Assembly: GCA_049508735.1 (NCBI GenBank)
Contig: JBELAO010000025.1
Location: 8 to 64,007, forward strand
Length of the DNA: 64,000 nt
From: Bryobacteraceae bacterium
GTDB lineage: Bacteria > Acidobacteriota > Terriglobia > Bryobacterales > Bryobacteraceae
Direction of reading: 5' to 3'
Shown: one piece after another, positions 54,850 to 62,650 of the stretch
How positions within the stretch are numbered: position 1 is the first letter of the stretch
How the letters are laid out: every line of letters begins with the position of its first letter
Notes under the pieces: model-generated
The model's database searches: none
Told to the model about the DNA's origin: nothing
Seen by the model: only the letters and a program-made list of their open reading frames with translations
Translations under genes and position numbers: made by a program

Positions 54850-55245
54850 CGCCCGCCATTGATTCTCGGCTACGGCAATTCCCTGCGTGGAGACGACGCC
54901 GTAGGTCCGCGTCTGGCCACCATCCTGGGCGGATTAGCCGTGCAGCAGTTAGTCCCCGAGTTAGCCGAACGCCTGGCCGCCGAGGAGCGCGTCATCTTCA
55001 TCGACGCCCGCACAGACCTGCGGCCCGGTGAAGTGCAAATGATGCCCGTGGATGGCGAGAGCGCATCGACCCACTGGTGCTCGCCCGGATCCCTGCTGCG
55101 CCTGGCACTGGAAGTTTACGGCAAGGCCCCCGAGGCCATCCTGATCGGCATCGGCGGAGAATCCTTCGACCTGGGCGCCCCGATCTCAGAGGCCGCGCAG
55201 CAAGGAATGGAGAAAGCACTGGAGAAGATTCGGGCGATGGGGTGA
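54835..55245 (+). CDS. hoxW: Hydrogenase maturation endopeptidase (HoxW/HybD family)
   Basis: LILGYGNSLRGDDAVGPRLA … VIFIDAR … is the typical GNxxxGDDG-like motif with Asp/His ligands. No ATG is available; candidate starts are GTG 54835 (inside the repeat) or TTG 54859. Confidence 0.75.
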   Translation: MRAPRRPPLILGYGNSLRGDDAVGPRLATILGGLAVQQLVPELAERLAAEERVIFIDARTDLRPGEVQMMPVDGESASTHWCSPGSLLRLALEVYGKAPEAILIGIGGESFDLGAPISEAAQQGMEKALEKIRAMG

Positions 55246-55283
55246 AGTCGGCGCGGGGTGCGCGGGGTGCGCCGCCGGCCGTT

Positions 55284-55358
55284 ACGAAACGGGGTAATTG
55301 GTTACTGTCCCCGCTGGTTCGGCCGAAACGGGGTAATTGGTTACTGTCCCCGCTGGTT
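55284..55358. repeat. Tandem direct repeat, 2 copies of a 39-bp unit, each containing a hairpin
   Basis: cgaaacggggtaattggttactgtccccgctggttc occurs at 55284 and again at 55323 (36 of 36 identical). Each copy has cgggg-N14-ccccg. It lies in the convergent gap between hoxW and the response regulator gene. Confidence 0.85.
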
Positions 55359-55379
55359 CTCCGCAAAACCCCCGCCGCC

Positions 55380-56741
55380 TTACTCCTTCGGCCCGATTCC
55401 CAGCGTTTTCATTTTGCGATACAGGTTGCTGCGCTCGAGGCCTAGTAGCTCGGCGGTTCTGGTGACGTTGCCGGCGGTTTCTTCTAGTTTTCTCAGGATG
55501 TAATCGCGCTCGGCGGCTTCGCGGACTTCCTGCAGGCTGCCGAAGCGGTCGAGCGGGCGATCCTGCGGCTTGCGCGTGCCGGCGAGCGGAATGTGGCGGG
55601 CGTCGACGCGCACTTGCGGATTCAAAATGACGATCCGCTCGATCAGGTTCTTCAACTCGCGCACGTTGCCTGGCCAGTGATATTCGCCGAGCACGCGGTA
55701 TGCCTCGGGGGTCAGCTCCTTGGGCTTGCGGCCGTAAGCGGTGGTGAACTCGCGCAGAAAATAGTCGGCCAGCAGCGGAATATCCTCGCGGCGGTCGCGC
55801 AGCGGCGGAACGGCGAAGGGAATCACGTTGAGGCGGTAGAACAGGTCTTCGCGGAAATTGCCGCGTTCGATCTCCTCTTCCAGATTCTTGTTGGTGGCGG
55901 CGACCACGCGTACGTCCACCTGCACGCTGCCAGGGCCGCCGACCGGTTCGAAGCGCTGCTCTTCGAGCGAGCGCAGCACCTTGGCCTGCGTGCGCAAGCT
56001 CATATCGCCGACTTCGTCGAGAAACAGGGTGCCACCGTCGGCCTTTTGAAACTTGCCGATCTTATCTTCGTGGGCGCTGGTGAAGCTGCCCTTGATGTGG
56101 CCGAACAGCTCGCTTTCGATCAGCTCTTCCGGAATCGCGGCGCAGTTGACCTCCACGAACGGCTCGGCGGCGCGCGTGCTGAGGGCGTGGATGGCGTGCG
56201 CCACCAGCTCCTTGCCGGTGCCGCTTTCGCCATAGATGAGGACGCGGCCGTTGGTGGCTGCCATCAAGGAAAGCTGCTGGCGCAGCGCCTTCATGGGGAC
56301 GCTCTCGCCGATGATGCGATGGCGGCCGCTCGAGTCCTGTTTGAGCTGGCTGTTTTCGAGCGCCAGCGCGTGGTGCCCCAGCGCGTTTTTCACCACCACC
56401 GAGATCTTGTCGATGGAGAGCGGCTTTTCGAGAAAATCGAACGCGCCCAGCTTGGTGGCCTTGACGGCGGCTTCGATGCTGCCGTGGCCGGAGATTACGA
56501 CCACCTCGGGCCGCTCGGCGAACGGGATGGCCTGGATGCGCTCAAGCACCTCCATGCCGTCCATGCCGGGCAGCCAGATATCGAGCAGCACCAGCTCAAA
56601 GCCGGCGCCGGGAAGCGCGTCCAGGCAGGCTTCGCCGCTTTCCGCAGTTTCGGCGAGATAGCCTTCGTCCTCAAGCACGCCGGCCAGCGATCGGCGGATT
56701 TCCGGCTCGTCATCCACCACCAGAATGCGCCGCTGCTTCAT
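55380..56741 (-). CDS. Sigma-54-dependent response regulator (NtrC/NtrX/AtoC family)
   Basis: Receiver domain (ILVVDDEPEIR…LLDIWLPGMDG). AAA+ domain (GESGTGKELVAHAIH, GSFTSA, ESELFGH). C-terminal HTH (AGNVTRTAELLGLERSNLYRKMK). Confidence 0.9.
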   Translation of the reverse strand: MKQRRILVVDDEPEIRRSLAGVLEDEGYLAETAESGEACLDALPGAGFELVLLDIWLPGMDGMEVLERIQAIPFAERPEVVVISGHGSIEAAVKATKLGAFDFLEKPLSIDKISVVVKNALGHHALALENSQLKQDSSGRHRIIGESVPMKALRQQLSLMAATNGRVLIYGESGTGKELVAHAIHALSTRAAEPFVEVNCAAIPEELIESELFGHIKGSFTSAHEDKIGKFQKADGGTLFLDEVGDMSLRTQAKVLRSLEEQRFEPVGGPGSVQVDVRVVAATNKNLEEEIERGNFREDLFYRLNVIPFAVPPLRDRREDIPLLADYFLREFTTAYGRKPKELTPEAYRVLGEYHWPGNVRELKNLIERIVILNPQVRVDARHIPLAGTRKPQDRPLDRFGSLQEVREAAERDYILRKLEETAGNVTRTAELLGLERSNLYRKMKTLGIGPKE

Positions 56742-58852
56742 GCTTTCACCGGCGCGGCGGGCTGCGCCTGCGGTGCGGCGGGCTCGGCCGCTTCGGCGTC
56801 GGCGGCCACTGGAATCTCGATGGTGAAGCGCGCACCGGCCGGCAGATTGTCTTCCACGCGAATGTGCGCATCGTGCTCGGCCACGATGTGGCTGACGATG
56901 GCGAGACCCAGGCCGGTGCCGCGCCCCTTGGTGGAGAAATAGGGCAGGAACAGTTTCTCTTTTTCATCGGGACTGACGCCGCAGCCGGAATCGGCCACCA
57001 CCAGCTCGACCGTGTCGGCGGCGCCAGGCTGGGTGGCCACGTGGAGATTCTTGACCAGCGAATCCTGCATGGCTTCGGCGGCGTTATCCACCAGGTTCAC
57101 CACCACGCGCTGGAACTGCTCGCGGTCCAGATTCACCGGCGGCAGATCGGGAGCGAAGCTGGTGCGCAGGTCGATCGCATCCAGGCGCCCGTGAAAAATG
57201 GCCAGCGCGTCGCGCACAACTTCGTTCAAGTCGGAGCGCACCGGCTGCGCGGCGGGGAAGCGCGCGAACTGCGAGAATTCGTCGACCAGGGTCTTCACCG
57301 ATTCCACCGAGCGGCTGATGGTCTGCGCGCATTCATCGAGGATGCGGCGCGGCGCGGGAGCCAGCTCCAGCCGGTCGATCTGCCGCACGATGCGTTCGGC
57401 GGACAACGCGATAGGGGTGAGCGGATTCTTGATTTCGTGCGCCACGCGGCGCGCCACCTCATGCCAGGCGGCGGACTTTTGCGCACGCAGCAGCTCGCTG
57501 GTATCTTCGATCACGATCACGAAACCGGACGTGACTCTTTCCTCGAGCGCCGCCACCGTAACCGACAGATGGCGGTTGCGGTTTTCCGTGCGCAGCTCCA
57601 ATTGGCTTGAGGCGGCGCCGGTGCGGCGTGCGCGTTTCATGAGGTAATTGATTTCGGCCGTGTCCTCGCGCGAAAACAGGTCTTCCAGGCGGGCAGCCTT
57701 TTCCACTTCCGTAACCGGAAAGATCTGATGGAGCGCGCGGTTGACGCGCTGGATGGCGCCGTCGGCGGAGATGGAGATGACGCCGGTGGGGATGCTTTCG
57801 AGGATGGCTTCGGTGAAGCGGCGGCGGCGGTCGAGCTCGCGGCTGTTGGCCTCCAGTTCCTGCGTCATCCGGTTAAAGCCGCGCACCAGCGACCCCAGCT
57901 CATCGGCGGCGCGCACATTCACACGGTGCGACAGGTTGCCGCCGCGGACCTGGCTGGCGGCTTCGGCCAGCGCGGTGATGGGAATGCTGATCTGCTTGGA
58001 AAGGAACAGCGCGATCCAGGTGGCCACGAACAGCACGAACAGGGTGATCAAGATCATCAGCATCACGCTGACGCGGCGCACCGCGTGGGCGTTGTCGTGG
58101 CTCTCCCGCCACTGGCGGGCCCAGGTACCGACCACGGCTTTCTTTTCCGCCACGCCTCCGGGCACTTCGGCGGTCACGGCGACGAAGCCCAGCCGCCGCT
58201 GCCCCTGCAAAACCGGGTAGGATGCCGCAACCAGACGATCGACTTTGGCGGGCTGCTGGTAAGGCCCCCAGGAATCGAGCGGCGCCCCGCCAGGGGAAGC
58301 GTAAACCGCCGCTGAGGCGAGCTCATAGCTGGCCGCGAAACGGGCCAGGAAGTCCGGCGTGCGCGCGCCGCCCTCGAGCAACTGGCGAACTTCGGGCTGC
58401 GCGGCCAGCAGGGCCGCCTGGGCGTCAGTCTCGTCCTGCATCTCCTTGCCAAGCTGGCGGACGATATTCTCGAAAGCCGTCAACTCATTGCCTGCCGGCT
58501 CTTGAAACCAGTAGGCGATGTTGCGATTCATCACGTAATAACTGAACAGTACGAGGAAGAATACCGGCACGAAGCTGAGGGCGAGCGCGCCGACGACGAG
58601 CTTGGTTTTGATGCGCGAACCTTCGCGCCGGCTCTGACGCTCGACGTACAACTTGACAAACTCGCGGATCAGAATCCAGCCGAGCGTCACCATCAGGAGG
58701 AAAATGAGGCTGGAAACAGCCCAGTAAATCAGCGTCTGATTGGGATTGGCGGGGCGGAAGTTGCCTGGGTTGAACGAGCCTTCCCAGACCACCAGGATGA
58801 CGGAAATCGCCAGCAGGATGGAGAGAGACCCGTAAATCAGCCGCTTCCGCAT
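56738..58852 (-). CDS. NtrY-like sensor histidine kinase (TM-HAMP-PAS-HisKA-HATPase)
   Basis: H-box VAHEIKNPLTPI, N-box NLVDNAAEA, G-boxes DSGCGV and GTGLGLAIV. N-terminal TM segments and a HAMP domain. 4-nt overlap with the regulator gene. Confidence 0.9.
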   Translation of the reverse strand: MRKRLIYGSLSILLAISVILVVWEGSFNPGNFRPANPNQTLIYWAVSSLIFLLMVTLGWILIREFVKLYVERQSRREGSRIKTKLVVGALALSFVPVFFLVLFSYYVMNRNIAYWFQEPAGNELTAFENIVRQLGKEMQDETDAQAALLAAQPEVRQLLEGGARTPDFLARFAASYELASAAVYASPGGAPLDSWGPYQQPAKVDRLVAASYPVLQGQRRLGFVAVTAEVPGGVAEKKAVVGTWARQWRESHDNAHAVRRVSVMLMILITLFVLFVATWIALFLSKQISIPITALAEAASQVRGGNLSHRVNVRAADELGSLVRGFNRMTQELEANSRELDRRRRFTEAILESIPTGVISISADGAIQRVNRALHQIFPVTEVEKAARLEDLFSREDTAEINYLMKRARRTGAASSQLELRTENRNRHLSVTVAALEERVTSGFVIVIEDTSELLRAQKSAAWHEVARRVAHEIKNPLTPIALSAERIVRQIDRLELAPAPRRILDECAQTISRSVESVKTLVDEFSQFARFPAAQPVRSDLNEVVRDALAIFHGRLDAIDLRTSFAPDLPPVNLDREQFQRVVVNLVDNAAEAMQDSLVKNLHVATQPGAADTVELVVADSGCGVSPDEKEKLFLPYFSTKGRGTGLGLAIVSHIVAEHDAHIRVEDNLPAGARFTIEIPVAADAEAAEPAAPQAQPAAPVKA

Positions 58853-59017
58853 GAGCTTGCCCTAGCTCCGATTATACGTGCCTGGCGAGGCGCGTGACCA
58901 AAGAGGCCTCTCGGCGGGAGCGGGACGATGCGAACCGTGGCGGGGGACAACCCAAAAGACGAGCGGTGGAGGCGCAGTTCCGACACCCAGCGCATGTGCG
59001 CGCCCACCTATGCATTG

Positions 59018-59040
59018 TTGGCAGGCGGAAGCGCCTGCCA
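59018..59040. repeat. Palindromic 23-mer ttggcaggcggaagcgcctgcca just 3' of a minus-strand gene
   Basis: Stem ggcaggcg / cgcctgcc. An identical 23-mer occurs at 60901-60923, again just 3' of a minus-strand gene. Confidence 0.8.
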
Positions 59041-59048
59041 CACTGAGC

Positions 59049-59336
59049 CTACTTCACGCTTTCGACTTTGATGGCGCCGTCGGCGACTTCGCCAGTGAGG
59101 GTAACTTTCTTGCCGGCGAAATCCTTGACTTTGCCCTGGTCCGCGATCTTGTGGACCGTGCCATCGTCGGTGACCAGCACCGCGGGCGAGCCGCGCTTGA
59201 TGCAGCTCTGCGCGCAGGTCACGTTGCCCAGCATTTCCTTCTTGCCGGAGCATGCCTCGTCTATGATGTACCCAGTCCACTCCGCCGCCATCGCCGAGCC
59301 GGCAGCCAACGCGGCCAATATCATCAACTTCTTCAT
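59049..59336 (-). CDS. Small secreted hypothetical protein (95 aa)
   Basis: Signal peptide MKKLMILAALAAGSAMA. Strong RBS GGAGGAGAGG 8 nt upstream. Three Cys residues. Confidence 0.75.
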   Translation of the reverse strand: MKKLMILAALAAGSAMAAEWTGYIIDEACSGKKEMLGNVTCAQSCIKRGSPAVLVTDDGTVHKIADQGKVKDFAGKKVTLTGEVADGAIKVESVK

Positions 59337-59486
59337 GTCGTCGCCTCTCCTCCTGCATCCAACAGTATATTATTACCGCCGCGAGCGCGCATGCCGACAG
59401 CCGCTTTACAACTGTCAACTCTGTAGAGGGATCATACGGGACAGTACATTCAGCGTACTTGCCGAAGTGCCTGATTGAGCTGGCAA

Positions 59487-60008
59487 CTAATAAAACAAAT
59501 ACTTCCGCCACTGCGCATCGCTCTTGCCGAGCATCCGCATGAGATGGCGGCTGGTGTGGAGACTGAAAGGACGAGGCTGCCGGGCCAGCCGCATTCCCGC
59601 TTCTTCCGGCGTCCGATTGCCCTTGCGGTTGTTGCAGTGATGGCAGCAAGCCACCAGATTCTCCCAGGCCGATTCGCCCGCCCGCGAGCGCGGGATTACG
59701 TGGTCCAGGGTCAGTTCCCCGGAGGGGAAGGTGCGATGGCAATACTGGCAGGTGTAGCGATCGCGCATGAGGATGTTCTTGCGCGAAAGCGCCCGCGTTT
59801 GATGGGGGATTCTGCGGTATTCGAGCAGCCGGATCACCGATGGCAGGCGCACCGCCGCGCGCGCGGAGTGAATCGCGTGGGCCGATTCTTCTTCCGCGGA
59901 AGCCACGCCTTTCAGGACCAGCACCAGGGCGCGCCGCGCCCCGCAAATATTGATCGGCTCATAGCTGGCGTTCAGCACCAGCACCGGCTTCTGCAGTCGA
60001 TCGGCCAT
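59487..60008 (-). CDS. HNH endonuclease family protein
   Basis: [46 protein letters not shown] is an HNH/Cys4 pattern. Confidence 0.85.
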   Translation of the reverse strand: MADRLQKPVLVLNASYEPINICGARRALVLVLKGVASAEEESAHAIHSARAAVRLPSVIRLLEYRRIPHQTRALSRKNILMRDRYTCQYCHRTFPSGELTLDHVIPRSRAGESAWENLVACCHHCNNRKGNRTPEEAGMRLARQPRPFSLHTSRHLMRMLGKSDAQWRKYLFY

Positions 60009-60728
60009 TCAGGATGTTCCTCCCACCACGGATGGAGTTGCTACGTGCGAAAACACAAAACGCCGCTCGGCGCGCGCCACGGTCAGCAGCTCCACGCGCG
60101 CCGCCCCGGCGCGTTTCAGGGCCAGCGCGCAGGCCGCGGCGGTTGCGCCCGTCGTCATCACATCGTCGATCAGCAGGATCTTGCGGCCTGCCGCGCGGTC
60201 CGGCCGGCGGCATTGGAAAGCGGCCGACACGTTGCGCCGGCGGCCGGTATTGCTCAGACTCGCCTGTGAGGCGGTGGAGCGCAGGCGGCGCAACAGGCTT
60301 GTTCGAGGCATGCCGCTACGCCACGCGACCCACCGCGCCAGCAGATCCGCCTGGTTGAATCCGCGCTGCCACCGTCTCCGCCAGTGCAGCGGAACCGCGG
60401 TGACGCAGTCGAAGGCTCCGTCGCGCGGCAGAGCCCGCAGCAACAAATCCCCCAAAGGGCCGGCGAGCGTTCGCACCTTGCGGTACTTATAGAGGTGGAT
60501 CAACTGCCGCAGTACGCCATCGTAGAAACCGAACGAGTAGGCGGCATCGAAGCCGCGCAGCCCGCTGCGGCACAGCGCGCAACGCCCTTCCTCATCGAGC
60601 GGAAACCGGTTTTGAAACGGCGTCCGGCAGGATACGCAGAAGAATTCGGCATCGAGCGGCGCCGGCGCCCGGAGGCAAGCGGGGCACACAGGAACGCGGG
60701 AAATCTGGTTGAGCGGCAGGCCGCACAC
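60009..60728 (-). CDS. comF: ComF family phosphoribosyltransferase-like protein
   Basis: N-terminal Cys pairs (CPACL, CVSCR, CALC). C-terminal PRT motif ILLIDDVMTTGAT. Confidence 0.85.
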   Translation of the reverse strand: MCGLPLNQISRVPVCPACLRAPAPLDAEFFCVSCRTPFQNRFPLDEEGRCALCRSGLRGFDAAYSFGFYDGVLRQLIHLYKYRKVRTLAGPLGDLLLRALPRDGAFDCVTAVPLHWRRRWQRGFNQADLLARWVAWRSGMPRTSLLRRLRSTASQASLSNTGRRRNVSAAFQCRRPDRAAGRKILLIDDVMTTGATAAACALALKRAGAARVELLTVARAERRFVFSHVATPSVVGGTS

Positions 60729-60900
60729 GCGGCAATCATCGGGGAGGAAAAGGGAAAAAAAGGCGCAAGAAGTTGCTCGGAATACCTGGGGACCTACATT
60801 CGAGATTGCGGCTTGCCGGCTACTCGAGAAGACCCACCTCCGCCAAGACTTCTATTGTACCCGAGATGAGGAGCCGCGGGGGAACGAACCACTGAAACAG

Positions 60901-60923
60901 TTGGCAGGCGGAAGCGCCTGCCA
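60901..60923. repeat. Second copy of the palindromic 23-mer ttggcaggcggaagcgcctgcca
   Basis: Identical to 59018-59040. Sits 9 nt downstream of the stop of the CRTAC1-like gene. Confidence 0.8.
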
Positions 60924-60931
60924 ACCCTATT

Positions 60932-62638
60932 TCATTTCAATTGTGTAACGCCCTTGCTTTCGTCGATCAGCACGCGCTGGTTGGCGGCCACGTTTTGGAA
61001 ATGCTGGTGCGTGCCGCTGGGCCAGGCGATCTCGAGATTGGCGGCTGTGTCTTTACCGAGGCCGAAGGTGAGGGCGAGGTCGCTTTGCGAGCAGTAACTG
61101 GAGCCGCTGCGCACCATATTCCATTGCTTGCCGCCGGCACTATCCACGCGCACCACGGCGCCGATGCCATCGCGGTTGGACTTAGTCCCGGCGAGGCGCA
61201 CCGACAACCAGTGGTTACGATTGCCTCCATCATTGCGCAGCAGGTGGGCGGGGCCATTGTTGGTCGATATGACAAGGTCCAGATCGCCATCGTGATCGTA
61301 ATCGGCGTACGCCGCGCCGCGCGCCACCATCGGCTGGGCGAAGCCGGGGCCTAACTGGCCACTTACGTTTTCGAACTTGTGGTTCCCCAGGTTGCGGAAC
61401 AGGAGCAGTAACTCGCGATAGCTCACCTTGGGCTGGACGCGGCCGATCTCGTCTTCGATGTGGCCATTGGCGGCGAAAATGTCGGGGTAGCCGTCAAGAT
61501 CGTAGTCGAAGAAGAAGACGCCGAAGGTGAGCGAAAGCAGGCTGGCACGGCCGACGGTGGAGGAGGGAGCTTCATCGACAAACAAGCCGTTGCCTTCGTT
61601 GTGATAAAGCCCGAGCATCTGGTTGGAAAAGTTGCCGACCAGCAGGTGCTGACGTCCGGAGCGATCGTAATCGCCGGCGTCGGCGCCCATCGCGCCGCGA
61701 GCCACGCCATCCTCGCCGTAAGCCACCCCAGCGGTCATGCCTTCTTCCTTGAACGTGCCGTTGCCCAGGTTGCGATAGAGTTTGTTGGGCTGCGTATCGT
61801 TCGCGACAAAGATATCCGGCCAGCCATCGTTGTTATAGTCGAGGATGGTTACGCCTAACGACTTACTCGTCGGATCGCCCAGGCCGGCGCGTTCGGTCAC
61901 ATCCTCGAAGCGCCCGCCGCCCAAATTATGATACAGACGCGAGCTTGTTCCTTTGTAGGATTCCGGCGTGCAATAGGACTTAGTAGAGCCATCGAGCGAA
62001 CATTTCAGGTCGCCCTTCTCGGTCCATTGCACATAGTTGGCTACGAATAAGTCGAGCTTGCCATCGCGGTCGTAGTCCAGCCAGGCGGCGCTCGAACCGA
62101 AGTTTGCGTTGTGAATGCCGGACTCTTTGGTGACGTCGCGGAATTTGAAATTGCCCTCGTTGTGAAAGAGGTGGTCGCCATCGATCGCGGTGATGTAGAC
62201 ATCGTCGCGGCCGTCGTTATCGTAATCGCCGATGGCCACGCCCATGCCGTAGATTTCGATATCGAGGCCGCTCGCGGCCGTGACGTCGGTAAAGGTGCCG
62301 TTGCGGTTGTTGCGGTAGAGCGCGGCCGTGGTGCGGCGGCCGCGCGGCGTGAAGTCCCTGCCGTTGACGAACAGGATATCCGGCCAGCCGTCGCCATCGG
62401 CGTCGAAGAAAGCCACGCCAGAGCCCAGGGTTTCCGGCAGATACTTCTTGCCGGTGCGGCCGGCGTTGTGTGTGAAGTGGATGCCGGCCTGCGCGGTGAC
62501 GTCAGTGAACACGACGGCCGGACGATCAGGCGCGGTGGCCCAGGCCATGACGCAGGCCGCGGCCAGGGCGAGAAGGCTCAATGCGGCGGAAAGGAGAAGG
62601 CTATGTTTCATTGCTGGACGTCGTGGCGTGGTATCCAT
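60932..62638 (-). CDS. CRTAC1 family protein (FG-GAP/VCBS repeats plus ASPIC/UnbV C-terminal domain)
   Basis: Repeated D.D.DG..D…N motifs (FFDADGDGWPDILFVN, DYDNDGRDDVYI, DYDRDGKLDLFVAN, DYNNDGWPDIFVAN, DYDLDGYPDIFAAN, DYDHDGDLDLVI). The UnbV-like end has NHWLSVRLAGTKSNRDGIGAVVRV…SGSSYCSQSD. Confidence 0.9.
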   Translation of the reverse strand: MDTTPRRPAMKHSLLLSAALSLLALAAACVMAWATAPDRPAVVFTDVTAQAGIHFTHNAGRTGKKYLPETLGSGVAFFDADGDGWPDILFVNGRDFTPRGRRTTAALYRNNRNGTFTDVTAASGLDIEIYGMGVAIGDYDNDGRDDVYITAIDGDHLFHNEGNFKFRDVTKESGIHNANFGSSAAWLDYDRDGKLDLFVANYVQWTEKGDLKCSLDGSTKSYCTPESYKGTSSRLYHNLGGGRFEDVTERAGLGDPTSKSLGVTILDYNNDGWPDIFVANDTQPNKLYRNLGNGTFKEEGMTAGVAYGEDGVARGAMGADAGDYDRSGRQHLLVGNFSNQMLGLYHNEGNGLFVDEAPSSTVGRASLLSLTFGVFFFDYDLDGYPDIFAANGHIEDEIGRVQPKVSYRELLLLFRNLGNHKFENVSGQLGPGFAQPMVARGAAYADYDHDGDLDLVISTNNGPAHLLRNDGGNRNHWLSVRLAGTKSNRDGIGAVVRVDSAGGKQWNMVRSGSSYCSQSDLALTFGLGKDTAANLEIAWPSGTHQHFQNVAANQRVLIDESKGVTQLK

Positions 62639-62650
62639 ACGGACCGCTCC

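Noticed and set aside
55284-55358. Possible CRISPR array.
   Set aside because: There are only two directly abutting repeat copies with no spacers, and no cas genes in the window.
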